Positions 25,959 to 34,455 of a stretch of DNA of 34,455 nucleotides are shown here, piece by piece. Source of the stretch: a virus. The stretch lies in the UHGV virus genome UHGV-0210560; one strand, 5' to 3'. A program made the translations under genes and the position numbers. Below the pieces are notes generated by a model. It ran no database searches and was not told the origin of the DNA. It was given only the letters and a program-made list of their open reading frames with translations. How positions within the stretch are numbered: position 1 is the stretch's first letter; every line of letters starts with the position of its first letter.

Positions 25959-28370
25959 ATGGGCACATATACACTGCAAGCGACTAAATCCGCCATTTTG
26001 CGGTATAACAACCAAACAGCCAATGACCATACAAGCGCAACATTTGCGCCGCAGGATGATAACGACTGGTGCTTAGTCGGTTTTGAGCCGACAGGAAACG
26101 CACGGTTTGAAAAAATAACGAGTGTAGAAGTTTATCTGTATAACCAGAGAATGAAGTCCGGCAGCGCTGTTATTTGTATTCCTCTTGAAGACTTTAACGC
26201 AGAAACGATTACTTATGAAAATTTCCCCGGAGTCGATAGCAGCTCGTATAAACGCGAGATGGTTTTTGGAGGACGCGACAAATACGGTGTAAGCACAAAT
26301 CCGTGGATGCTCACGTCCAATGACAACCCGGCGACATGGATCGACTGGATTGCCGTAGAAATTGTGCGCTTCGGAATTGCTGTACAAGCAGATGTAGCCG
26401 ATAAAACCGATTTTGACGGTTATCCAATAATTCCGTTAAAAAACACAAACCGTCCATACCTTACATTAAAAACATCCGGCGTAATACCTACAACGCAATG
26501 TTCTTTAAGAGGCGGCGAAAAAAGTTCCGAGAATGTCATAAATAGGTTTTCACCCTGCAAAATAAGTTGGAGCTCGTACACAGAGGGAGGGAGTTTGACT
26601 GCCGTACCTATACAGCAAGTATCAGCAGTTATAAAATGGCATTCCGAAAGTGATTTGACCGAACGAGTTATAAATGTTATTGACAGCACAGCATTTACAA
26701 CAGTCCCCGCAAACACTTTTCCGAACGAAAAAATATATATTTCCGGAACGGTTACATTAAATACCGGAGCAACGGTAGCTCTTGCAAAAAAAACATATTA
26801 CACAGGAATAATTCCGGAACTGAACGAAGAATATGCTGATAGCGGCAATCCTACTTTTGGGCAATCGCTTATCATTAGCAATATGTCTCCAAATAATAAA
26901 GTTGACATATGGAAATTTAGAGATAACATTTTCACGTGGGCTATAAATAGTGGAATACAATCACGCATGCTAAATGGAGCATTGGCCCAAACATCGGCAA
27001 TTTTTAAGTGGCGCAACAAAGGAGAAGCGGCAGAGCACACACAAAACGTTTCCGGCGATAATGCTCAAGTCGTTGTTCCGGCTGGGACATTTACTGCAAA
27101 TAGAATAGAGTGGGCGGTAGCAGTAAATCTTAATACGGGAGAAACAATCGAATCCGACTGGGTCGAGGTAAGCACTGAAGAGCCCCAGCCAAGAACGAGG
27201 GTTGTGTCACCTAAGGACACTATCGTTGACGGTTCCGTTGGTGTGCCGTTTAAGTGGACTTACTTTGTCTTATCAAATTCGCCGCAGTACGCTTTTGAGC
27301 TCCAAAAGAGCACCAACGGCACGGAGTGGACAACGCTTATGCCTAAAACAGTGTCGACGGAAACAAAAACCGTTGTTCCTGCGGCAAATTTGACCTCCGG
27401 AGAGATGTATTGGCGCGTCAGGGTCTACAACAATGACGATGTGGCATCGGAGTGGTCGGCAGCGGCAAAGGTTCTTGTTGTGGCGGCACCCGAAGCGCCC
27501 GGAATAGTGATAGCCTCGTTTGCACCCCGCTTTGCGGTAAGGTGGTCATCCACCGAGCAGCAAGGCTACGAGGTAGCGGTGGACGGTGAAACGGTGCTCA
27601 ACCGATACGGCACAGCGAGCACCTACACATACGATGACTGGCTCACGGACGGCAGCCACACTGTGGCGGTACGTGTGCAAAACAAGTACAGCCTGTGGTC
27701 GGAGTGGTCGACCGCCACGCTGCAGATACTCAATACTCCCGGCGCAGCAATCTACCTTGGCGCAAAAGCCGCACCCGTGCCGCAGATCCGCATCACATCA
27801 AACGGCTATGACTACTATGTGGTGTACCGCAACGGCAAAAAAGCAGCTAAAGTCAAGCCCGGCATTTTAACTACATTTACGGACAACTTTGCAAACGGCG
27901 AAAACACATACATCGTCCGCGGCGGGTATGACGAGGACGGCAACTACGGCGAATCGGCAGAAATAACCGTAACGGCGGGCTATGACACCCTTACGCTGTA
28001 TGACACCGTGTCCGGCAAGCGGCTGAGCCTTGGCAACGCGAAACGCCAGACGCGGGAAACTAACCTTACCATTTCGCAAAACACAACCTTGACCCATTAC
28101 AGCGGCGCACAGCTCCCCACCGCCGAAACAGGGCAGCAGCGTGACCGCCGCTACCAGTTTGAGTGCGCATTCTCCACTCGCGACGAGCGCAAAAACGCTG
28201 AAGCACTGGAAGCTATGCTCGGGCACATCGTGTGCGTATGCGACCAGTACGGCACGGCTCTGGTGGGCATAGCAAGCAGCGCAAAAGTTACGGTGTCTCA
28301 ATTTATATATTCTTACACCGTCAGCGTGGACGAGGTGGACTTTGACGAGGTGACGGCTAATGCAACATAG
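25959..28370 (+). CDS. Large minor tail protein with FN3-like repeats
   Basis: Repeated beta modules (SAVIKW/SAIFKW, VPANTF/VPAGTF), YWRVRVY...SEWS. Confidence 0.7.
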   Translation: MGTYTLQATKSAILRYNNQTANDHTSATFAPQDDNDWCLVGFEPTGNARFEKITSVEVYLYNQRMKSGSAVICIPLEDFNAETITYENFPGVDSSSYKREMVFGGRDKYGVSTNPWMLTSNDNPATWIDWIAVEIVRFGIAVQADVADKTDFDGYPIIPLKNTNRPYLTLKTSGVIPTTQCSLRGGEKSSENVINRFSPCKISWSSYTEGGSLTAVPIQQVSAVIKWHSESDLTERVINVIDSTAFTTVPANTFPNEKIYISGTVTLNTGATVALAKKTYYTGIIPELNEEYADSGNPTFGQSLIISNMSPNNKVDIWKFRDNIFTWAINSGIQSRMLNGALAQTSAIFKWRNKGEAAEHTQNVSGDNAQVVVPAGTFTANRIEWAVAVNLNTGETIESDWVEVSTEEPQPRTRVVSPKDTIVDGSVGVPFKWTYFVLSNSPQYAFELQKSTNGTEWTTLMPKTVSTETKTVVPAANLTSGEMYWRVRVYNNDDVASEWSAAAKVLVVAAPEAPGIVIASFAPRFAVRWSSTEQQGYEVAVDGETVLNRYGTASTYTYDDWLTDGSHTVAVRVQNKYSLWSEWSTATLQILNTPGAAIYLGAKAAPVPQIRITSNGYDYYVVYRNGKKAAKVKPGILTTFTDNFANGENTYIVRGGYDEDGNYGESAEITVTAGYDTLTLYDTVSGKRLSLGNAKRQTRETNLTISQNTTLTHYSGAQLPTAETGQQRDRRYQFECAFSTRDERKNAEALEAMLGHIVCVCDQYGTALVGIASSAKVTVSQFIYSYTVSVDEVDFDEVTANAT

Positions 28371-29391
28371 CTACAGCTACAGGATTGAGGTGCTGCGGAA
28401 CGGAGCACGGGTCACGGAACTGCAGGCGGTCAACCCGCCGAAAATAACATTTAATGCGGGATCAACAATCAAGTCGGGTCTTTCCGGCGAGTTTAAGTAC
28501 TCGCCGGAGCTTGACCCGATAAACGACGAAATAAAAGCTTGGCAGATAATAGACGGCGAAGAATCACCCGCGGGAGTGTTCTCCGTGGGCGTTTTGGTTG
28601 ACAATTATTCGGACACCGTTCACACCATCAAGATAGAGGCTTACGACAGAGCTTTCCTTTTGCAGTCGATCCGGACGGAGAATATAATGCATTTTGCGGC
28701 AAGGTCTAACTATATAGAGGTAATTAAGACTTTGCTCGCCAAAGCGGGCATAAGCTTATATACGGCGGCGCCCACAACAGCCATTCTTTCTACCGACCGC
28801 GAGGACTGGGAAATGGGAACGGATTATCTTACCATTATCAACGACCTGCTGCGGGAAATAAACTATGAGAATATATGGTTTGACGCAAACGGGTACGCTA
28901 AACTTTTGCCGGTTAAAAATCCCGATGCAGGCGACATAAAAAGAGCCTACGACAGCGACACGGCGGTGTCACTTCTTTCCCCTGCATGTCAAAGCGAGCT
29001 TGATATATACGATAAGCCAAATGTTTTTGTGGCGGTGTGCAGCAATCCCGATAACGACGAGCCTATGACGGCCACGGCGATAAATAACAGCCCTTTGTCG
29101 AGTTTGTCCGTGCTCAAGCGCAACCGCCGTATAGTGCAGGTGCTCAAGGTCGACAATATTGCCGACCAGAAAGCTCTTAACGAGTACGTACAGCGGCTTT
29201 GCAATGACTCAATGATGTCATCGGAGACGGTAACTATAAGGACAAGCCCGGTAAGCGCTCCGGGGCTTAATGACACGGTGGCACTGTACTATGCTGACAT
29301 CTCCGGAGTATATCAAGAGACTTCATGGAGCCTTACGATGCAGCCGGGCGCAAGTATGACACACACACTAAGGAGGTCGGTGCTTGTATGA
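28360..29391 (+). CDS. Tail hub/baseplate-like protein
   Basis: GVF, IEAYD, WFDANG motifs; gene position. Confidence 0.7.
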   Translation: MQHSYSYRIEVLRNGARVTELQAVNPPKITFNAGSTIKSGLSGEFKYSPELDPINDEIKAWQIIDGEESPAGVFSVGVLVDNYSDTVHTIKIEAYDRAFLLQSIRTENIMHFAARSNYIEVIKTLLAKAGISLYTAAPTTAILSTDREDWEMGTDYLTIINDLLREINYENIWFDANGYAKLLPVKNPDAGDIKRAYDSDTAVSLLSPACQSELDIYDKPNVFVAVCSNPDNDEPMTATAINNSPLSSLSVLKRNRRIVQVLKVDNIADQKALNEYVQRLCNDSMMSSETVTIRTSPVSAPGLNDTVALYYADISGVYQETSWSLTMQPGASMTHTLRRSVLV

Positions 29392-30158
29392 CAGAGCAAA
29401 GCAATGTAATGACGGAGCCGGAGGTGCGCTTTGCGACTATCGGTGCAGTGTCCGGCGACGGCGTAACTCTCATTTTTGACGGACAAACAGCGGCAACCGA
29501 AAAGCACTATAAGTGCAACACTTCCGTGCTTTTTCACGCGGGAGACCGTGTAAAAATCGCCAGCGACAGCGGCACATATGTGGTGGAGTATATCGTAGGC
29601 AATCCCGGAGCTAACGCTCCGATTCCCAAAGGCGGAACCTCCGGACAGGTACTATCTAAAAAAAGTAACTCCGACGGAGATGTAGTGTGGAAGAATATAT
29701 CCTCCGGCAGCACAACAGGCAAGCTGCCAAGCGGCGGAACGACAGGACAGTATCTTAAGAAAAAAAGCAACTCCGACTACGATGCAGAGTGGTCAACGCC
29801 GCCAAGCTCGGGAGGATCCTCGTCAGGGTCAACCGATAGGCTTGTCGGCAGCGGCTCAAGCAACTCGGCAACGCTTAATTCGTCACGGCAGCTTGTGCCT
29901 GCATCGGCATCCGCGTTATACGCACACAGCCTCGGCAGCGCATCAATGCCGTGGTACAATCTGTATATCGGAGCGGGCACGATTTCTCTGGGCACGAGCA
30001 TTTCGTCCCTGGGCTTTTTCGGGACTAAAGCGGAGACAAAAAAGACCTTGAGCACAGTGAGCACTAACATGGGGTACAGTTCTGCTACGTCAAGCAACTA
30101 TCTGACAATTATAAACAACATTGCGGGCATACTCAAAAAATACGGTCTTATAGGGTGA
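29388..30158 (+). CDS. Tail tip/fibre protein
   Basis: AGGAGG RBS; two PxGGTxGQxLxKKSNSD repeats. Confidence 0.65.
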   Translation: MTEQSNVMTEPEVRFATIGAVSGDGVTLIFDGQTAATEKHYKCNTSVLFHAGDRVKIASDSGTYVVEYIVGNPGANAPIPKGGTSGQVLSKKSNSDGDVVWKNISSGSTTGKLPSGGTTGQYLKKKSNSDYDAEWSTPPSSGGSSSGSTDRLVGSGSSNSATLNSSRQLVPASASALYAHSLGSASMPWYNLYIGAGTISLGTSISSLGFFGTKAETKKTLSTVSTNMGYSSATSSNYLTIINNIAGILKKYGLIG

Positions 30159-30164
30159 CAAAAG

Positions 30165-30428
30165 ATGAAAGTAAAAGATTTAATTGAGGCAAAAAGAGCG
30201 CTGTGCAAACTTGTGTCGCAGGATGTACCTGTATACTGGGCGCTGCGGATTGCGGCGCTTGTAGACGCGGTAGACCCTCTTTTCACAGATTCGCCGGAGC
30301 GGGAAGTGGAGATAACTCCTATAGTGCTGCCCTCAAGACTTGATATAATGCTTTCTGCGGCGGACGTTAAAGCTCTGTCGCAAATAGTACGTTTTTACGG
30401 AGGTGATGTGGATGTTTGCGATAGCTAA
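30165..30428 (+). CDS. Hypothetical tail-associated protein
   Basis: In-operon ORF. Confidence 0.55.
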   Translation: MKVKDLIEAKRALCKLVSQDVPVYWALRIAALVDAVDPLFTDSPEREVEITPIVLPSRLDIMLSAADVKALSQIVRFYGGDVDVCDS

Positions 30429-31227
30429 CGGCCGCAAGGCATTGTGGCAGTGGGACTTAAACCAACAGCTCACCGTCGCCGGTGACTGCACAGAAGTGCA
30501 CTACCTCGACAGAGGCGCACCCTCCACCCTGACGGTGGAGGTTAAAAACGGCAAAGCGGACATCCCGAACATCCTGCTGCAAAAAGCGGGGCGGCTTATA
30601 GTGTATGCGTACATCATCGACGCGCAAGACCACCACACAAAAATCTGTGAAGCGTTTGGCATCGCAGCTCGCCCAAAGCCCGACGACTATGTATATACCG
30701 AGACGGAGGTCAAGACATGGAGCAACCTGCAATCGCAAATCGGCGACCTTGCCAACCTTGCGACCGAGGAAAAAAACAACCTCGTCGCGGCAATAAACGA
30801 GGCGGCAAGGTCGGGAGGCGGAGCGGGTGCGTGGTATGTGACGGTTACGCCGGGTACTAATCATAGTGCCACAGCGGACAAAACAGCGGCTGAGGTATAT
30901 GCGGCATACGAAGCAGGAAAGGCAGTTTACTGTATTCTGTTAGATGCGATAGGCATTGTTCCGGTGGTGCTTCCGCTATTAGCGGCGGTTAATGTTGATG
31001 GGTATTTATTCTGCTTTTCGGGAAGCGGTGCACCAAGGGTAAGCGGCAGCGCTCCATTTAGCCTTACAGTTACATATGACGGAACGTGGCATTATTTTCG
31101 TGATGAGCTTGTATCCGGTGAACTTGTAAATTCGGTTTCCTCTTCGAGCACTGACAAACAAGTACCCTCGGCGAAATGTCTGTATGACCTTGTTGGAAAT
31201 GTAACGGCGCAGATAGACGCAATGTGA
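30412..31227 (+). CDS. Baseplate/tail-fibre protein (BppU-like N-terminus)
   Basis: LWQWDLNQ, IPNILLQ, RPKPDDYVYTE, NLVAAINE, VPSAK. Confidence 0.7.
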   Translation: MFAIANGRKALWQWDLNQQLTVAGDCTEVHYLDRGAPSTLTVEVKNGKADIPNILLQKAGRLIVYAYIIDAQDHHTKICEAFGIAARPKPDDYVYTETEVKTWSNLQSQIGDLANLATEEKNNLVAAINEAARSGGGAGAWYVTVTPGTNHSATADKTAAEVYAAYEAGKAVYCILLDAIGIVPVVLPLLAAVNVDGYLFCFSGSGAPRVSGSAPFSLTVTYDGTWHYFRDELVSGELVNSVSSSSTDKQVPSAKCLYDLVGNVTAQIDAM

Positions 31228-31237
31228 GGTGATGGAT

Positions 31238-31981
31238 ATGAGCAACAATATAGCAGAAGCCATTACGGCAAAGAACGAAGTAATAGCACAGCAGGGCACA
31301 AGCCTTGATACAGTGCTGACAGCGCTGGAAGGAAAAGCAGCGGGAAGCGATATATCCCTTGGACTTACATCTGCAACAGTCGGACAAACTATCAAGGTCA
31401 AAACTGTAGACGCAAGCGGTAGACCTACTTCGTGGGAAGCGGCGGATATGGCGAGCGGAGGCGGCGAAAAAGAATGGAAGCTGCTTCAAGATGTTATGAT
31501 TACCACCGACACAGCAAGTCAAACAGCAAATGTTACTTATAGCATAGGCGATAACGGCGTTTATGCGTTTTCCTTTGACAAAGATGTAAACGGTGATTAT
31601 TTTAGTGTAGAAAATCTTTTTGTTTTCGGTATTGTAAAAGGGACGCAAAATGCTACATTTACTCTTTTTAGAAGTGATATTTATAATAATTTAGACATTA
31701 TATCTTTCCGAAATAGTCTCAACACAACAGCACAAATGTATCAATTTGAAGTAACAAAAATTGATAATAAATATATTTGTAACGGAATTTTTGGAACGCA
31801 ATATGCAAGCGAATTAAAAGTTTTGCCAAATAATTATATCTCAAATAACGGCGCTTTTGCCGGGGATTACACAAAGTTATTAAATTACTTTAAAAATGCT
31901 GACCCTATTACAATGATAACTCTTTATGCAGGCTCAACAACAATAGGATTAGAGGGCAGATTACTAATATATGGGAGATAA
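31238..31981 (+). CDS. Tail fibre/receptor-binding-like protein
   Basis: GQTIKVKTVDASGRPTSWE motif; AT-rich C-terminal domain ending IYGR. Confidence 0.65.
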   Translation: MSNNIAEAITAKNEVIAQQGTSLDTVLTALEGKAAGSDISLGLTSATVGQTIKVKTVDASGRPTSWEAADMASGGGEKEWKLLQDVMITTDTASQTANVTYSIGDNGVYAFSFDKDVNGDYFSVENLFVFGIVKGTQNATFTLFRSDIYNNLDIISFRNSLNTTAQMYQFEVTKIDNKYICNGIFGTQYASELKVLPNNYISNNGAFAGDYTKLLNYFKNADPITMITLYAGSTTIGLEGRLLIYGR

Positions 31982-31987
31982 GCGGAT

Positions 31988-32149
31988 ATGTATAAGATGT
32001 TAAATGGCAAGCGTATAGAAATTACCCCCGAAGAAATTGCAGAGCTTGAGGCTATGGCGGCGGAAATGCCCGCCCCCGAGCCTACGGCGGAGGAAAGGCT
32101 TGCGGCGCTTGAGGAAGCAATGCTTGAGCTTTTGGGGGTGGCGGAATGA
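31988..32149 (+). CDS. 53-aa XkdW-like protein (absent from the ORF track)
   Basis: MYKMLNG...PEPTAEERLAALEEAMLEL. Confidence 0.6.
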   Translation: MYKMLNGKRIEITPEEIAELEAMAAEMPAPEPTAEERLAALEEAMLELLGVAE

Positions 32150-32250
32150 TAAAATTTTTTGTGATACAAATAAGGCTGGGCAGGATAACCCTTGAGCAAG
32201 TGCCCGAAAAGTGGAGGGCAAGGGTGGAGGAGGCGCTGAATGAGCCTTAA
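32146..32250 (+). CDS. 34-aa CD1375-like protein (absent from the ORF track)
   Basis: IRLGRITLEQVPEKWRARVEEAL; ATGA overlap with the upstream gene. Confidence 0.6.
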   Translation: MIKFFVIQIRLGRITLEQVPEKWRARVEEALNEP

Positions 32251-34387
32251 CGACAACACAACGAAAATAGCAAGCGTGCTTGCAAAGGTGAACGCTTTGC
32301 CCGCGCAGCTTGACACTTCCGACGCCACGGCTGTGGCGGGAGATATAGTCGAGGGGCAGACTGCGTATGTAAACGGAGCTAAGGTGACGGGGACGCGATT
32401 AAAACCAAGTGAGGCTATCGCAAAAGGACTGACGATTGCAGGGGTGCAGGGTGCGGCTCACATTACAGGCGAGGCAACCGCAAATGTTGCAATCGACAAG
32501 GGCGGTAAAGTAAAAATAATAATTGCAGGAACGGAGCTTGGCGATGCGACCCCCGCCGATGTGGCGAAAGGGAAAACCTTTACGAGCCAACATGGAATAA
32601 AGCAGACAGGGACGAAGGAGGAAGCGGCAGCCGATACCATCCAGCACGCCGACATCCCGGACTATGTGAAAGCCGCGGCGCTTGAGGTAGCAAAAAAGGT
32701 AAAAACGGTGCAAACAGATGAAAGCATAACATTTATAGCCATGAGTGACGCGCACCAACTCGACACCACCGCAAACATTGTGACAGGCAACCTACACGCG
32801 GGAATGGCGGCAAAAATATTAGCTTATGCTATTCCGAATCTTGACTTTTGCTGCTATCTCGGCGACTACACAGCCGGAAGCAGCACAACCACTATAGCAG
32901 AGGGCAAGCAGCACTTCGCAGAGATAAACGCTGACATTGACGAGGCGTTTAAGGGGATTCCACAGTTTCGCACACTGGGAAATCACGACAGCCTGCAATA
33001 CTCCGCCACGCAGAACGGCAGCGTGCTTTCGGCGGCGGAGCTGTACGAGCTTGTAGGCAAATACTGCGAGGGCGCAACCTACGGCAGCACTACCGAGGGA
33101 TATTGCTATCGTGACTTTTCGACAAAAAAACTGCGTGTGATATGCCTTAACACAGCGGAAAATACGCAAAAGGAATATGTTTCGGACGCGCAAAAACTGT
33201 GGTTTGCAAACACTCTCAAATCGGTTGGCGCAAATACCGATTGGAAGGTGCTGATTTTGAGCCACCACCCGCTGGACTGGGGCGGAGTGTGCATACTCTC
33301 CAACATCGTCAAGGCGTATGTGGACGGCAACAGTATAACTGTGAGCAGCGGAAACGCCGTGAATTTCAGCGGCAGCAATAGCGCAAAAATACTTGCGGCG
33401 ATACACGGACACGTGCACTGCTTTAAGGCGGCGAAGCTCAACAGCATAGCAAACAGCACCGGTACTGAGTACAACACTTGGCGCATAGCAACGCCTAATA
33501 TGTGCTTCGCGCGGAACAACGAGTACGGTCAAAACGGCAATGCGGAGTATTACGGCATTGAGTTCGGCGAGGAGCAGACATACGCCAAAACAGCGGGCGG
33601 AGCAAACGATACCGCCTTTGTGGTTAATGTGTGCAATCCGAGCGAGGAAACGGTGCACAGCTTTTGCTATGGTGCAGGTTACGACCGCGAGGTCTTTACA
33701 GGCGTTCACACGGTGGCGGTTACTGGCGTAACCTTGAGTGCATCCTCCGGCGAGCTGCCTATTGGCGGACAGACGACACTCACGGCGGCAGTACAGCCGA
33801 GCGATGCAACAAACAAAGCGGTTATTTGGAGCAGCAGCGCACCGACGGTCGCAAGCGTTTCCGACGGCGTTATTACAGCACTTACTTCCGGCAATGCGGT
33901 TATTACCGTTAAAACAGTGGACGGCAATTTTACGGCAAGCTATAATCTCACGGTCAAAGCGGCAAGCTCCGACCTTATCGCAACCTATGGATATGCGGAT
34001 AATATGAGACTTTCGACGAGTTCAGGCTCAGAAAAACCCGCAAACGGGTATGTGGTACTCGGGCATAATTCGGCAATCCCGATTGATAAGGTAACATATC
34101 CTAATGGCGCGGTTATCCGCGTAAGCGGAGCAGATGATGTTGTGGGTAACAGCAGCCCTTATACTGATAGTGCGTGGGTTATGTACAAGACAGGCGGCAC
34201 AACGTTTAGTCAAGCATCGTATATCAAAGACAGCACGCAAGCAACTCACGCTTGTGGTACATTCACAATCGATTCCGACCGCAAGGGCTTTACGCTTGAT
34301 ATTGCTTCGCTCAGTGCTCCGCATTACATTAAATTCTGTTTCAAGGGCACTGGCGCAAATATTACAGCAACTTTGACGCCGAAATAA
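32240..34387 (+). CDS. Tail-associated protein with metallophosphoesterase and Ig-like (Big_2) domains
   Basis: SDAH, LGDY, GNHD, SHHP and HGHVH motifs; VTGVTL...ATNKAVIWSSS...GNAVITVKTVDG. Confidence 0.85.
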   Translation: MSLNDNTTKIASVLAKVNALPAQLDTSDATAVAGDIVEGQTAYVNGAKVTGTRLKPSEAIAKGLTIAGVQGAAHITGEATANVAIDKGGKVKIIIAGTELGDATPADVAKGKTFTSQHGIKQTGTKEEAAADTIQHADIPDYVKAAALEVAKKVKTVQTDESITFIAMSDAHQLDTTANIVTGNLHAGMAAKILAYAIPNLDFCCYLGDYTAGSSTTTIAEGKQHFAEINADIDEAFKGIPQFRTLGNHDSLQYSATQNGSVLSAAELYELVGKYCEGATYGSTTEGYCYRDFSTKKLRVICLNTAENTQKEYVSDAQKLWFANTLKSVGANTDWKVLILSHHPLDWGGVCILSNIVKAYVDGNSITVSSGNAVNFSGSNSAKILAAIHGHVHCFKAAKLNSIANSTGTEYNTWRIATPNMCFARNNEYGQNGNAEYYGIEFGEEQTYAKTAGGANDTAFVVNVCNPSEETVHSFCYGAGYDREVFTGVHTVAVTGVTLSASSGELPIGGQTTLTAAVQPSDATNKAVIWSSSAPTVASVSDGVITALTSGNAVITVKTVDGNFTASYNLTVKAASSDLIATYGYADNMRLSTSSGSEKPANGYVVLGHNSAIPIDKVTYPNGAVIRVSGADDVVGNSSPYTDSAWVMYKTGGTTFSQASYIKDSTQATHACGTFTIDSDRKGFTLDIASLSAPHYIKFCFKGTGANITATLTPK

Positions 34388-34388
34388 C

Positions 34389-34417
34389 TTGACAACCCCG
34401 CCCCGGTCTGCTATAAT
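34389..34417 (+). promoter_or_regulatory. Consensus sigma70/sigmaA promoter for a small non-coding RNA
   Basis: TTGACA (34389-34394), 17-bp spacer, TATAAT (34412-34417), just after the stop codon of the last tail gene; no ORF with a ribosome-binding site (RBS) before the terminator at 100-126. Confidence 0.85.
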
Positions 34418-34423
34418 GCAGTC

Positions 34424-34455
34424 AAGGGTTAATCCCTTTTGTCACCGCGTGAGCG
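34424..34455 (+). ncRNA. 5' part of a CRISPR-repeat-like small RNA (continues at position 1 if circular)
   Basis: 5' hairpin AAGGG-ttaat-CCCTT, then GTC-ACCGCGTG; ACCGCGTG (34444-34451) is the reverse complement of CACGCGGT (51-58). Confidence 0.65.

Overview
The window looks like a near-complete, circularly permuted genome (~34.5 kb) of a temperate HK97-type siphovirus. Gene families suggest a Firmicutes (Clostridia-like) host. Gene order: lysis genes (208-1459); an accessory cassette (1508-3977); a leftward candidate anti-CRISPR locus with an Aca-like HTH gene and duplicated promoters (4010-5405); an intact attP (3' end of a probable tRNA-Ser) and tyrosine integrase; immunity region; early genes; HNH, ParB-MTase, terminase, head, tail and tail-tip genes. 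Four observations stand out. (1) A promoter-to-terminator small RNA spans the window junction and contains a type I-E-like CRISPR repeat nested inside the stem of a type I-C-like repeat. (2) The two arms flanking that stem are complementary (10+12 nt) to the ribosome-binding leaders of both candidate acr mRNAs, which suggests a Cas-sensing riboregulator or RNA anti-CRISPR. (3) I recognise no replication gene, but there is a bacterial-oriC-like origin (DnaA boxes, DnaA-trios, AT-rich tract) at 12.2-12.45 kb. (4) A dense TGAGCAC motif array is written through the lysis genes. All calls come from reading the sequence by eye; no database searches were run.
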